Part shown: positions 49,145-63,045 of the stretch, piece after piece
Position numbering within the stretch: position 1 is the stretch's first letter
Layout: each line of letters begins with the position of its first letter
Source: Octopus sinensis
Taxonomy: Eukaryota
Reading direction: 5' to 3'
Length of the DNA: 64,000 bases
Assembly (NCBI RefSeq): GCF_006345805.1
Contig: NC_043004.1
Location: 36,022,001 to 36,086,000 of the forward strand
Position numbers and translations under genes: made by a program
Notes under the pieces: model-generated
What the model saw: only the letters and a program-made list of their open reading frames with translations
Database searches by the model: none
What the model was told of the DNA's origin: nothing

Positions 49145-49469
49145 AAAGTGTAATATTAGAAATTTCCATTACCAGTGGCCTAGCATGTAAAAAATTTAGT
49201 CAATAGACTATATATCATTCATATAAATACAGTGTACATTTAAACACAAAAGAGGTATCCATCACAGGACTACCTGCATGCTAGAGAGGACTGTTAAATT
49301 CCAAACTATTATTATGGATAAAATTTCAAATGGAATGAAAAATAAAAACATTTATCCATTTAACTCCTGGACCAATGGTTTCAGACTTTTTTTAGCAAAT
49401 AAAATAATTTGCTAGGCAAAGCTTTTATTAGCAGGTACACTTTAGATTAAATATATATACATGGTTTAA

Positions 49470-49850
49470 ACAGTAAGCTTGGCAGGAAAGAAACATGCCT
49501 TTAAGCAGTACAAAAACAACAAAAAATGGAAGGTGCAGTTATGTACAGGTTGACGGAAAAGAAGAGCAGGACATAAACAATGTTTGCAACAAACTGCACA
49601 TGCATTTTTCTCGTGTATGCATAGTATTGATCACAACAGCTGATGTACTTGCACATACAAATGCATGTTCCCACGGCTTTATCGATCGCAGTCTCACCTG
49701 GAATCGATTTTTGTAATTTTTTCAAGACTTATACATGCCTTGATACCGTCGGTATCTACAAATCAAATTTGAGTGCAATCGGATGGAGGATGCCCAAGAT
49801 CCTAGAAGATACACACACATAGACAGACAGAACGGATTTTATATAATAGA
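49470..49850 (-). mobile_element. Non-autonomous Helitron-like element
   Basis: Minus start a|TCtattatataaaa followed by (gtct)(gt)n; left boundary uncertain. Confidence 0.5.
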
Positions 49851-50921
49851 TATGCACACACATGTATATAGGTGTATACAGATATTTAGTATAACTATAT
49901 GTTGTCATACATGAATATGCTTATACATGAATATGCTTATTTGAATCTTCCAGCAGCTGTACATTTATGGTCATATTAGTAGCAGTGCTTACCTCTGTCT
50001 GACTGTATGTAACACTGACACAGCATTTCACTGAAACACACATCGCATGTACTATATGGTGGGAGTCTGTGTTTATTTGCACACATCTTCTTCACATATA
50101 TGCACAAGAGTTTATATAAATTGTGAACAAGGAAATATTTTTCAGTTTTTCATGCTTGAACCAACTTGAAAATATATATTTTAGGAGGAAAAAGCTCATT
50201 GGTTAAGCAGAAGAATTTCGAATCTCTATTAATTGAAATGAAAAGAAATTCAGTACGGAAAAAGCAATTTTCCCTAAATTAGATTAAATGCTTGAATGAA
50301 TTAAAAATATCTTTCACCGTATTTTTATTTTGAGCTTGTCATAATTTAAACTTTTGCTTTCCATTTTATTATGTTTTTTTTAGATCATTTATTCGTTTAT
50401 TTTATTGTTTGCTCTCTATCATTTTAGTTTTGGTAAATTTTAATTTCCATTGCAGGGCAGCGTATATTACGAGTATTTGCCTTAAAAATTACTTTTAATT
50501 TTTTTTTTTTTTTCCTTTCTGTTATTGAAATCATGCTAGTATAAAATATATGCTTTTTGGACTTCTCTGCTAAAATGTCTGATAGCATTGATGGAAAACA
50601 AATTACACTTTCCAAATGGAAAATTCAGTTGGAAAATGAATAGCTAAAATTAACCCCCCCCACACACACACATACACACAAAAAACCCCTAATGCACAGA
50701 AACCAGTAACTCTTCACCATCTACATAATTCTGATGAAATATTAAATTTAAAAAATATAATCAAGATATTTGTTTTTTAATGGGCAAAAAATCTGAATTT
50801 ATTTTATTTAAAAATAAATGACTGCTATTGGTCAGATTTTTATTTTTCATATTACCTTTGTTCATGTTTTAGGTGTTGCTCACTATCATTGGATATGCAA
50901 TATACATACATGCATATATAG

Positions 50922-50961
<40 letters not shown>

Positions 50962-52442
50962 ATATAATTATGCATATATCACACACACACATATATATAT
51001 ATATACATACTGTATATATATATGTACATATGTGTGTGTCGGTATGTATATATATATATAATCATCACTACCACCACCACCACTACAGTAACATTTTTAC
51101 ATCTGCTTTCCATACCAGTATGGGTTGGATGCCACAGTGTCAGCAATGATCCAACCTCTACAGAGTGTATAACTGAGGGGTTTGTTTGTGCACCTTGAAA
51201 CTTGCAAGACTGAGTTTGAGGACAGTGGGTAGGTTTGTTATTTTAAATAAGATATTGAGAGAATAAAGCATGGTGTGGGGAGAAGGGCAAGATTTAGTGT
51301 TTGTGAAGGAGATTGATGGGTACCACATAATTTAAAGGGTGGATAAGGGAGATTGGAGTAGGGCCTAAGCAGAGGCAAATACAGTAATGCTGAAGGGTAG
51401 AACTCATCCTCCTTGTGGCATGTTTGAGAGATGTATAAAAGAGAGCATTGTTACAGAAGAATTAGAGAGGTGAGGTAATGGGTAACTAACTCCCTCTATT
51501 AGTTTTACTCTGAAGGCATTGGTTGGCCTGAAGCTATAGTAAAAGACAAGAGACCGTGCATTGAGATAGAACTCAAAACCACATCATTAGGAAGCAAAGT
51601 TTCTATTCACATAATGTCTTGAAATTATCTCCCTTCCATTGCAATTACCTCTGGGTTTTTGTTATCTTTTCTCCAACAAAGGAGACAAATTCAATTAATT
51701 AAAATTTTCTTGTGTACAGCCTACACTACACTTAATTAGCCAAATTCACACCAGCATCATATTTTAATTATTTTCTGTAGATTATTTTTCTTTTATCATA
51801 ATTAATTACTGCCTTTGACTTAGGGATTAAAGTGTTTTTGTCATTATTTTTAATGTATGTTTTATTTATAAAGGGTTTCACGGGTTTTGTCCATGAGCTG
51901 TTTCAATTTTGAATCTAGGCTAATCTTTACCCACGTGCAAAAGGTTCCTCATACGTAATGCCGATCCAACAACATTGGCTGTGACACTTGTTTTGTTGCT
52001 GTCCACCATGGTAACTATTATCACACTTTCACAGTCCGGATTTGGATTATGGAATATTTTGCATGGAATTTTAACTCTGTTACACTTCAGTTGAGCTTTG
52101 CTTAAAACTTTTCCAAATATTTAATGAAACATCAGCTCACAGAACATTACCATCATGCAGCAAACAGCAAGACATGTTGCCATGTCCACGCCATTTAAAA
52201 TATCAAAATATGAAACTTGGAACACTTAAGACTGTTTTCCGATTAGAAGTGGAGTAAAAGTAAAAAAAAAAAAAGCAAAAAAAAAAAACAGAAGACAATT
52301 TCTAAGAATTGAATTTCTTATCGAGAATGTCTCAAAGTAGTTGTAGGTATTGATGCAACACAGAACCGAAAAATAACAAAGAATGATAAACAAATACACC
52401 TCAGTCTCAGGAAAGTGATCACACACAAACACACACACACAC

Positions 52443-52519
<77 letters not shown>

Positions 52520-52771
52520 TCTCTCTATCTCTCTCTATCTCTCTGCCATTTGAAGGACCTAGACAGGCCTAAGGCCAAAGTATACTTCACTGTCAAAGTG
52601 TTTAGATCTGTCCAACAAATTCCTGATATATCACTGGATGTTTTAAATATTTCTTTGAGTTAGATAACATCAAGCAGGTTCCTATAACCACAAACCATCA
52701 CAACCTTGATAAAAGCCATTTCTTATCATCCGTTTTAATCAGGCATCCATAACACATGTCTTCTTTTTCAG

Positions 52772-52908
52772 CATCACGTCTCACCAAGCAGCATCACCTC
52801 GCACTCTCCAATTTCAAATGTTAACAGAAAGACAACACGAAGTTGTTCTCGAGGAAATAAAAGAAAAGAATTTCTCCACTTGCATTCAAATATGGGAAAG
52901 TCCTCCTG
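52772..52908 (+). CDS. Candidate internal exon
   Basis: tcttctttttcag acceptor, 45 open codons, weak TG|gtacac donor; phase-compatible with 44926 and 54598. Confidence 0.3.
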
Positions 52909-53330
52909 GTACACACACCCATACATACACACATACATACACACATACATATGTATGCATGCATGTATATATCTATGCATATGTATATATATATATATAT
53001 GGTGTGTGTGTGAGAGAGAGCGAGAGAGAGAGAGAGAGAGAGTGTGTGTGTAGGTAGATATTGTTTGGGTGCATACATTATGATTGCAGTGTGCATGATG
53101 CATATTAACTATTCAGAAACACACAAAGACTGTCAACTTCACTTCAACATTTGTTGCTTTCAAAATTTTCCTTGTTCTAAACTGTAATTTCTTCTCTGAC
53201 AAGGTTGTTGCATTCAGATTGTGGCTTGGAGCAACAGAAATGTTGACACCATATAACAAACCATAAATGCTTAAGTACAGTGTGTGTGTGTGTTTGTGTG
53301 TGTGTGTTTTGAATATGTTCCACACAGCAA

Positions 53331-53528
53331 TCATCATCCTCATCATCATCATCGTTTAACGTCCGTTTTCCATGTTAGCATGGGTTGGACGATTTGACTG
53401 AAGGCTGGCAAACCAGATGGCTGCACAAGGCTCCAATCTGATCTGGCTGTGTTTCTACAGCTGGATGCCCTCCCTAGCACCAACCACTCTGAGAGTATAG
53501 TGGGTGCTTTTTATGTGCCACTGGCACG
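53331..53528 (-). mobile_element. Family B RTE-tail repeat
   Basis: Reverse-complement copy with (CAT)n. Confidence 0.85.
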
Positions 53529-53997
53529 TTTACTTTCAACGCATGGTTCTCAGATCAAAACACATACCATGTAAGCTCATCTCCTTAATACATGCATGTG
53601 TGTGTGTGTGTGTGAAACTGCATAGTTAAAAATTAAAATGTATTAAGACAAGCGGAATAATAGCCTGAGTTGGAATAAGTTAGACGTCTAAGAATTTGTA
53701 AAATTAACGACACAATTATTCCAACTCTTGATACACCTTCACAGCTTCTGACGCTGTTACATTTTACTCCTGATACTAAAATATTCCCCACTTCAGTTCT
53801 TCATAGTCAATGCAAGTGTAAGAAATATCAACAAAATTTTCCTCGAGTCAAACAGCTCCATCTTAAATAAACAAATATCATATGGGATAACTTAGTCTGG
53901 GATATACAATTCCTGAAACCAAAGGGTGGGGAGGTCATCGTTAGAAAATCTTTAATTTAAAAAAATGCCTAATCAATGGTGAACCATAGCTAAATAT

Positions 53998-54148
53998 TGG
54001 TTTCAAATTTTGGCACAAGGCCAGTAATTTCAAGGGAGGGGGTAAATTGCTTACATCAACCCCCAGAACTCAACCCCAGGACACAACTTAATTTATAGAC
54101 CCCCAAAAGGATGAAAAGCAAGATCGATCCCTGCAGAATTTGAACTCA
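53998..54148 (-). mobile_element. SINE family C-related fragment
   Basis: ccccaaaaggatgaaaagcaag...gaatttgaactc is shared with 55251-55482. Confidence 0.6.
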
Positions 54149-54597
54149 TTGAGACATGTTTTATGATTTCTTATTTTGAAAATATGCCTTTTTAGATATT
54201 TATTTCTTGATTTTAAACACAGTTCTTAGAGTCTGTATTCCATGAACACAGTTCAAATATATCTCTTCTAATGTATAAGTTCCACTCATTCATCTGTCTA
54301 TATGTTCCTGTTACACAGTCTTCAGTAATCTACGTGTGTTCTACTCATCCAGCTGTTAATATGCTCTCCCTCATCTTTACGGTGCTCAGATTCCACATTA
54401 AACGCTACGGCCAATCTTTCAGCCCCAGATCAGTGATAGTTAAGAATTACTTCCCAGGCACCACCCAACAGATGTCCAAATATATCAATCTCACTAGACT
54501 TGAATTCAGGCCTTAAAGAATTGACCACTGTCCACCCAACTCCTCAAAGGATCTTATAACAAAAATATCTCTAAAAAGATTTGTTCTTTTCTTACAG

Positions 54598-54812
54598 CAG
54601 TCAATGTGTCCTACTTACACAGTTTACACAATACACAATTTTTTGGAAAAAATATAACATTGAAGCAATTTATTATAGATGTTTGTAACTTTACATCAAA
54701 CCTAAATACATCTGGGAAAAATCAATCACTTACTGCAGTGTGTAGAAAAAACATTGTCAGAGAAGATAAAAATGAAAATGAAACAAATATGAATCCAACC
54801 GATGCCAAATGA
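54598..54812 (+). CDS. Candidate stop-containing exon
   Basis: ttgttcttttcttacag acceptor (NAGNAG), 70 open codons, ATG|gtgagt donor after 54843. Confidence 0.3.
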
Positions 54813-55250
54813 AAATGTCATGTGGTCACCACTTAATGGGATGGTGAGTTATTGTTGTTGTTTAGCCCAGGTCATCCCTGACTGAGTGCATATATGATCA
54901 AATACATCCCGATTATGACCACCCTGTCTTTTTAGATGAATAAGAGGAGTGTATATTATCCAGTGTCATCCTTCCATTTCTAAAGATGATGGAAAGATTT
55001 AACTCAGAAGTCAACATTGAATTCATTGACTTTGTGTAATGCCCACAGAAAATTTAGCTGGATGGATAATTAATCTCATAAACTTAAATATGATTAGAAA
55101 TCTTGAGTGCAAGGATTAAGTGAAAATTGTTCAGGGTTTACTATTTGTTCATCACTAGCTTACCTTTGTTTCATACTTGGCTGTGCTTACTTTGGTATCC
55201 ATGTCTTTTGAGAGACAATGGGGTTTTGCATCACTGACCAATCAGGAATT

Positions 55251-55482
55251 TTATTTCTTTATTGCCCACAGGGGGCTAAACATAGAGGAGACAAACAAGG
55301 ACAGACAAGGGGATTAAGTTTATTATATCGACCCCAGTGCGTAACTGGTACTTATTTAAATGACCCCGAAAGGATGAAAGGCAAAGTCGCCCTCAGCGGA
55401 ATTTGAACTCAGAACGTAACAGCAGACGAAATACCGCTAGGCATTTCGCCCGGCGTGCTAACGTTTCTGCCAGCTTGCCGCC
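55251..55482 (-). mobile_element. SINE family C, full length, with target-site duplication
   Basis: Head ggcggcaagctggcagaaacg, B box gagttcaaattcc; TSD tgaYcaatcaggaatt at 55235-55250 and 55483-55498. Confidence 0.9.
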
Positions 55483-56716
55483 TGATCAATCAGGAATTAA
55501 TGTGCAGCCCAATGGGAACGAAAAAACCAGCCCCACAGTGGCAATAAAGTGACCTCTTCGTATTGCATTCTTGGGCAACGTGTGTGGAGGTCCTGGGTTG
55601 CCCAGATCTTGGAATAACCTTCTTTGCCTCACTGCTATGGTCCATAGGAGCTTAGAACAGTCTATTTGGCACCAGTACAGTTGTATAAGTTGCTGAATGA
55701 GTATCCTGTTAAACACCAGGCCACCATAAGAACTCCCCTGTGGTTGTGTTCAAACAACAAACTCTTCCATAAATGGGATTCCAGTACACAGTGTCTCACC
55801 AAATATATTGTTAGTTATGTTACAGTATCAAGGGCAACAGTTTATATCAGGTTACATGGACTGCTTTTAGCTTTGAGTGTCTTAGTCCTACTGGTTACAA
55901 AAAAACAAAAAGCATTACAGAATGAAATAAGCAACAGTTGTTTTGTGGAATTACTAACTGACCCATTGCTTTGCTATCCTAAGTTCAAGTTGTGAAAGCT
56001 ACCGATGGCAGATCAGTGTCCTATAGAAAAACTGTTTCTATTTGCTTGACACAGAAATTACATTAGTCTTGTGTTTATTTCATGTTTATTTATTTTTTTG
56101 TTTTTGAAGGAGGCAATAAGAAGTATTAAACCCATATCAAAAAGGGATAAATAAGGCTGAAATAAGTAAAATCTTTAAAAACAAGAAAACAAGAGAACTT
56201 CTTGAATATTCATCTATGAAAAGCCATATTTTAATCAGCTTTCAAATAAAGTAAATAATTATAATATATAGCTTCTAGTCATTTGATAAACTATAAATAT
56301 ATCACATTAATAAAGTTTATATAATTCATCTGCTTATGATGTGATAAAGCAAAACCAAACATTTAGAGTTAATTGATTAATTTTGGTTGGACAATTTGAT
56401 AATTGTATTGATGAGACATCACTGCCATATTCTTTTTATCAGAACATCAAGATCTGTGATCAGGAATAAAGGTATTTATCTCGGTATTTCGTAAACAATC
56501 TGATAAATTTCATACAAATGTGTCCTTCATGTTCACAATATCCAAGAAACCTGTAGAATTCCCCAAATACTCTATTTATCTTTCTGAATATTTTAAATTA
56601 TTGATGATACAGTTTAAACTTATTTTACATAAAACCTCAAATATATCAACAGGAGATGGCTGTGGTTTCTCACTTCATAAGAAGAGAAAAGATTGGTAAG
56701 ATATAGCAAAAATACA

Positions 56717-56730
56717 GTTACCATAGAAAC
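56717..56730. promoter_or_regulatory. RFX X-box consensus match GTTACCATAGAAAC
   Basis: Matches GTHNYYATRRNAAC; motif match only. Confidence 0.3.
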
Positions 56731-58435
56731 CGATGAGGAGTTAACCTGAAATTATTCGAGAAAATGCCAAATGCCTCATGGTTTCCTCTCCCATTATTTT
56801 TTGATTTTATGAGAAATATTCGGAATATAACAAGCATTATTATAAAATGGTATCTGAGACATCTGAGTTGAGATTGCAATAACATACTAAAAGGTTGGTA
56901 TGTTATATATTGTCACCAGAAGTGGATTAATATATCTGTGGCCAACAGACTCAATTCACAGTTTCCAAGTCTATAATCCAATATCTCCATAAACACAGCT
57001 CCCCACTATCACCACCACCACCATCGCCACTCTATGTTGTGGCAGCATTGATGAGTGTTTCATTTGCTTGCTTCTAATATCAACTTAAACTTCTTTTTTT
57101 TTTTGTTGTCGGTATAGATAAAAGGGAGGATTTATCTGGCTCATTTATCGCACATACACTCTATAAAGTCATGGTTTTCATTGATGCTTTTATGATTCAA
57201 TAAATTATAGAATGCACCAAAGCATATTGATACCAAGATTGGCTCTCAGTAGCCATGTGTTAGTGTTGTAGCTTATAACTAGGTCCATGTCTTATCTATA
57301 AATTTGTTTTACCTATTTATTTATAGACACAAAACATTGCATAAACGCAAAATATTGACTATAGAAAGAAGTAGGAAATGAAATTATGTGACGACTAGCT
57401 TGGTTTCCTTTCAGCCATTAATAATGAATGAAATTATTTCTATTGGGAATTGAAACTGGGTCAATATTCTAGCTTACTTTGAGTCTTTCTCAACAGTAAC
57501 CTGGCAATTTAACTCGCTTCAAAGTAACAACAGCAACAGAAATGATGCCAACAGAAAATCAATATTGAGTCTCTTTCAGATCCAGCCAAGGCAGAGCAGT
57601 TTGAGCAACGTCTGTCTTCCAACAGCACAGAATATTGCAAACACTTTGGAAATGCATATGATACACTCTAAAGGTAGGTATAGCTGTTGTGACTGATAAA
57701 GAGTTTTTTAGGCTTCAAGGCAAGAAAACACTAAGATTGGTTTGAAGAAAACAATGCCAAATCCAATTTGCTGATCAACAGAAAAAGAGGTTTTCAAGGG
57801 AATCAAAAGAACAAGAATGACAAGCAGAAGAATAAGAACGATGAGCAAGCTTGCTAGAATTTCTTGAGTCTCATAGAAAGAAAACACTGCCGACAAGGAC
57901 AAAATATGAAACTAGCCGCTTTTTGCCAGAAAAATCAGAGTAACTTCACATTTCTACCAAAATCTCATCAATAAGCATAAAAGGAAAGTTTTCCAGCAAG
58001 GAAATGTTACAATCATAAAAGAAGAACAATTAATGGTACAGGGTACTTGAAGAAATTGGTTAACATAAGGATTTTTTGCAACATGACTATGGCAATCTAT
58101 GATCCAAGAACAACAGATCCATGGGATCAATACTTTTGAAAGTCTTATGACAAAATTTATATAAAAAACAAGCAGATGTCAACAAGAGAAAAGTTTAAAG
58201 AGTGGCGTGACTGTGCAGCCAAAGAAAAATGTCAGCATAAAGGTCAAAGATGACCAATTTAGCTGCACCTCTTAATATGGAAGAAACAACATATAAGACA
58301 CTCAGTTCTCATGGAATTTTAGTTGAAATGAAACACCAGTATCAAACCTTCATTCAGAAATAGTAGCTGAGTTATATAAAATTATTATTACCATCTTCAA
58401 GAAGAGGAACAAATTAGATTGTGATAACAACTGAA

Positions 58436-58749
58436 AATGGAGTTGCACTGGCCCAGTGGTTAGGGCAGCAGACTTGCGGTCAGAGGATCATGGTTTCAAT
58501 TCCCAGACCAAGTGTTGTGTGTGTTTATTGAGTGAAAATATCTAAAAGCTCCACGAGGCTCCAGCAGGGGTGGTGGCGACCCCTGTTGTACTCTTTAGCC
58601 CCAACTTTCGCTCACTCTTTCTTCCTGTTTCTTGAGTAACGCTGTGATGGACTGGCATCCCGTCCAGCTGGGGGGAACACATGCGCCATAGAAACCGGGA
58701 AACCGGGTTCATGAGCCTGGCTAGGTTTGAAAAGGATGCATAAATAAGA
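58436..58749 (+). mobile_element. tRNA-derived SINE family D with 12-bp TSD
   Basis: A box tggcccagtggt, B-box-like ggtttcaattcc, gatggactggcatcccgtccag body; TSD ataacaactgaa at 58424-58435 and 58750-58761. Confidence 0.9.
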
Positions 58750-59701
58750 ATAACAACTGAAGAATTTTACATTTGGCAAATGTTCAAAAAGTTCTTAACT
58801 AGAATCCTATTCAACTAATTCACTCACTTTTAGGGATTCATCTCCCAAAATGCCAATCTAACTTAAAACTTTCAAGAGGTATTATTGATATAATTGTATG
58901 TTTCCTAGTTAGAGTAGAAAAGACTTAAGCATCAAATATCAGAGTACAAGCCAGGCTTTGGTTTCACCTGAACATTTGATTTGGGAAATTATGAAGATGT
59001 CTGGAAAGTGTCAGCCAAACATGATAACCAACACAGATTTATTTCACTTACACACCTTCTAAACAACATGGAAACTAAAGTGTGGAACCAGTCTTCTAGT
59101 AGAGATCATTTTAAAACGGGATGTAGATTAAAGCAGGAATGTCTTTAAGTTTATTTTTCATATTCCTCTATGTTCAAGCTCTCTATGCACAAACTCCCAT
59201 CTCACTACAAAAGAACATTCCACACAAATGACATGTAAACTATTTGACCGTTGCTGAATCTTCATTGGTTATTGAACTTCTGTAAGAGGCAGATCAGACA
59301 ACAGTTAGTGTGACTTCAAAACCACAAGTAATTACTGGTATTTCCATGGGTACATATGACAACATGGAGCTAAGTCTTAGTGTAAGTAAAACAAAAGTCT
59401 AGCATTGATAAACACATGAGAAAGAACTTGGTCCAACCAGTCAAGTATACAAACATATCCTGGAATATATAAGTACATTTTCTGTATCTGAGTTATCAAT
59501 TATCACAAAACCTATTGATGGGGGAGATCCAATACAAGATGCACCAGCATAAGTTTTGGTCATCTAAGATGACAGATGTACGAAGATCAGGATCTGGGAC
59601 AAACCAAGCAGTTTTTTTGGCTTGTTCCCCTTGATAAGTAATTTTTCTCAAAGATGGTAACATACCACCAGAAATGCTGGAAGGAACTCCTTTATATTAA
59701 A

Positions 59702-60044
59702 CTAGCACTATGACCTGACGTTGCCAGGTCATAGTGCTAGTGCATGCATATGCACATACATGCGAGTACTGTCCAAATCTCCGACCAATCACATACAGCT
59801 AGCTGGTATTCAATTGACGTATCAAGTTTTGGGCATTTTGATTGGGTTTTGGATAAAAAATTCACAAAAAAGTCACTTCTATTGATTTTTTAATGGCTTT
59901 GCGGGGTGACTGGGGAAATATAAAGATATGCATGACCATAGAAAGTGCGAGCCCTCTAACTGAAAAAATTGTGGATTTGTATAAAGGGCACGCACACACA
60001 TACACACACACAGACAGACATTTTGCCGTTTATATATATAGAGA
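59702..60044 (-). mobile_element. Non-autonomous Helitron-like element with both termini
   Basis: Minus strand a|TC...CTAG|t with no TSD; 17-bp perfect hairpin actagcactatgacctg / caggtcatagtgctagt at the 3' end; internal (ca)/(gaca) microsatellite. Confidence 0.8.
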
Positions 60045-62309
60045 TGTCAAACAGAACAATATCAACATGTTTACACAAACTACTGTTGCCTGGACTGAAA
60101 TCCTAAATAAACAACATCAGCTTCATTGGACTAGCTACATCATTCAGGTCATTGGCTTCCCAAACAACGGTTTTGTAGTTTAATTTCTAACTGAAAAAAG
60201 AAAAGTAAAAATAAAGAGGATAAAAGAACTTGTTCAAAGATTTGCTTAAAGAAACTTTGGAAGTGTGGCATCAGTGTGTATGTGTGGGAATTATTGGTGA
60301 ATAATGACTGACTCTTGTGGAGCTCAGTCGTCTATGTTAGATCCCAACACACTGTCACAACCCCAGCAAAACATCTCAGTGATAAATAGAAACATAGATA
60401 ACAACCTGAAGTGTCTTTTCTCTCAAAAACACATTATAAAGCTCTACATCATTACTGAACCAATTACTTAAGTACTTACAATCAGAATTCACTAGAGTAC
60501 TTGAAGTCAATTTTCACAAAAGTACACCAGATCAGCATTCAGAAAAGTACTTGTACTTGCTGTGAACTGAAAAAACATTCATGAGTTTTATAGTGCAACC
60601 ACTGTCTACAGTGGTAAAATATGTCATTTTGTGAAAATAATACACAGATATAAGTAATGATCAGTGTTGAGAGATAAGAGTATTTATTATACTCTGGACA
60701 GGATAAAATAACATGGCTTTATTGCTATAACTCAATGACTGCTGTTTTTATCAATTCGCTCATCACAGCATTCATTTTTCTCAAGAGATGATAAAACCGA
60801 GTGTGAGATTCCACTTTTTTGCCATTTTATATCATTCTCCTTCTGGCTATCGTATCTTGGCTGTTTACCAAGTTACAATAAATAGAATACTGAACGTTAT
60901 CTGCATTAAGCCCCCCCCCCGCCTCCACTCATCTTGTTAATGATAAATCATTGATTGTTATGTTCAGTTTGTAAATAGGCTAATTACTCCTAAGAGAGTC
61001 TAATCACCAAAGAGAATGGTGGAGAGAGTTTTAGTTTCCAGTCTTTTTTTCTCCTCTAACTGAATATGTATTTCACTACAACTGCTTTTTGTGAGGCTAC
61101 GTTTTCTCTCTTTGGCAATTTTTTAATTTGTGTTATTGTCAGCCCTTGTAAAGGCATGTCATTTTGTAATTAAGGTGTTTGGCTCATTAACATAATGTCA
61201 AGGACCCAATTCCTGGTTTGTGTCTTCAAGCAAGACACTTCCATTTCATGTTTCTCCAGTTTACACAACTGAAAATTAGCACCAGCTGAATTTTGCTAGT
61301 GCAGCACTCTTCCCCCTATCCATTTGATACATTTTGAATGTGCCACAGGGTCAAAGGGATGAGAGAGTCAAAACGGTATCCAGGTTCACAACCTCCTATC
61401 ATGCCATGTTCCTGGTGTAACAGGAATAGCCTAAACATAATCTCTACTGGATTCCCGTTAAAGCAGTAATGAACAATACACATAGAAAAAGATGAAATAC
61501 TGAAAATAGACAACCGATCCATTGGAGCTTTGTAGTCAAGTGTGTTTAAGACTCGTTGTTAATGGTGTTTCTCATGGCTGTTGTTTACTTTTGTTTTTGA
61601 TTTTAAAAAATACCTGGACTTTTGTCATGAGATGAGTGTGTGATGAACCCAGCACTTTGTCTGGTAAAAGAGCAAGGCCAAGATTTATAATTGAGAAAAT
61701 TGTTAATGATATTTATTTTTTTGGATGAAGAGTTTAGCATTACACTGGCAATGAGAGTGATTAAGACAATCAAACTGGTGAAAACGATGAGAAAAATAGC
61801 TTTCCATCAACTAAATTCCTCTCAGAAAGTCACTTGTCAAAGCAAAGTATCAAATCCAGAACCACATAGTTGTGAAGCCAATAGCTTGGCCATGCAGCCA
61901 TGGCTTGACCACATACAGTTGACCATATAGTTATGTCTGGTAATTGAGCAGAGATGTTCTATTAATATTTCTAAACGATGTTAAATAAAGACTGGTTGCA
62001 CTTTCTTTATTATCAAATATCATCAAGCAAGAGAGATTAATTACCTTCTAATTAGTTATAAACAAATGAACATCAAAGAAACAAAGTGCAGGATTTGATT
62101 TGAATTGTGTCATCAATGAAAGAACACTTAAGTTTGAGAGTAAGGAATGAAAGAAAGTGCTGCATGTCTCTTTATAATATGTGCCAAAGGTGTTGTTGTT
62201 ATTGTTGTTGTTGTTGTAGAGGTTCTCTCTGTGGTTTGTGTTCCTTGGGAGAGAGAGAGTAGTAGTAGGAATGAAAAGCAATTTGATTGGATGTTGACTC
62301 AACTACATG

Positions 62310-63045
62310 AATTGATCTTATTCACTTAGACAAGGTCATGTGATTAACATTCTTAAATTCTTGATCCCAAGATAAACTAAAAGGGTCAAATAGTGTTAGT
62401 AGGGGAAGAATAAAACAAGTGCAATTGAAAAGAGCAAAATGATGTTATGTTTAATATAAGGAGTTTAATGTGAAGAACTGTTGTTGTGTTTGCTGTTAAG
62501 AACTATGAAGTATTTCAAGGGGAACGCTGTTTAATGGTTGTTAGGAAATAGTGTTTGATGTGACAAACTTATTATTCAGTGGGAAGCTGCACCATTTTGA
62601 GTGAAGCTCTGTAAGTAATGGCTGATGTTAAATGGGATGAACAAATGAATTTTCATGGAGTAGATTAGTGAAGTGTTTGATGCGATGAACAGTGGAACAT
62701 TTCAAGACACGAATTACCATAATTGTTCAGGCAAAACAATGTTTAATGTACAAAAAACAAAAACGATCACTTTTAATGTTTACTTAAAATGATAAAAAGA
62801 TAAAATACTATAATTTACTTTTTAAGGTTACATATGGTAGTTCATTTGAAAAACGGTAAAATGATATCGTATCTAAAGTAGAGTACAACGGTGGGAAGAA
62901 CTGTGTGATGCTTGTATGGAAGAGACAAGTAAAAATTGATGGCAAAAGTAATGCATATTTCTAATATGTGAGGTTTGAGGGTAAGTTTGGTGAAAACAAA
63001 GAATTTAGTGTAATGCCTGATACATAAAGTTCCCACGAAAGGCAG
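62310..63045 (-). mobile_element. Possible highly decayed Penelope-like relic
   Basis: Scattered motifs in the expected order: LPFVG, YRAS...TIKQR, CLSE (CxLCLxEK-like). Confidence 0.3.

Larger units (their letters stand above)
57500..60350 (+). mobile_element. Old RTE-type LINE relic interrupted by a SINE and a Helitron-like element
   Basis: KINIESLSDPAKAEQF, DWFEENNA, IITIFK...DCDNN*RIL...RILFN, GCRLKQEC, QLHWTSYII; heavily decayed. Confidence 0.7.

Noticed and set aside
61316-61522. 68-aa minus-strand ORF
   Set aside because: No motif, weak splice context, no supporting neighbouring exons.
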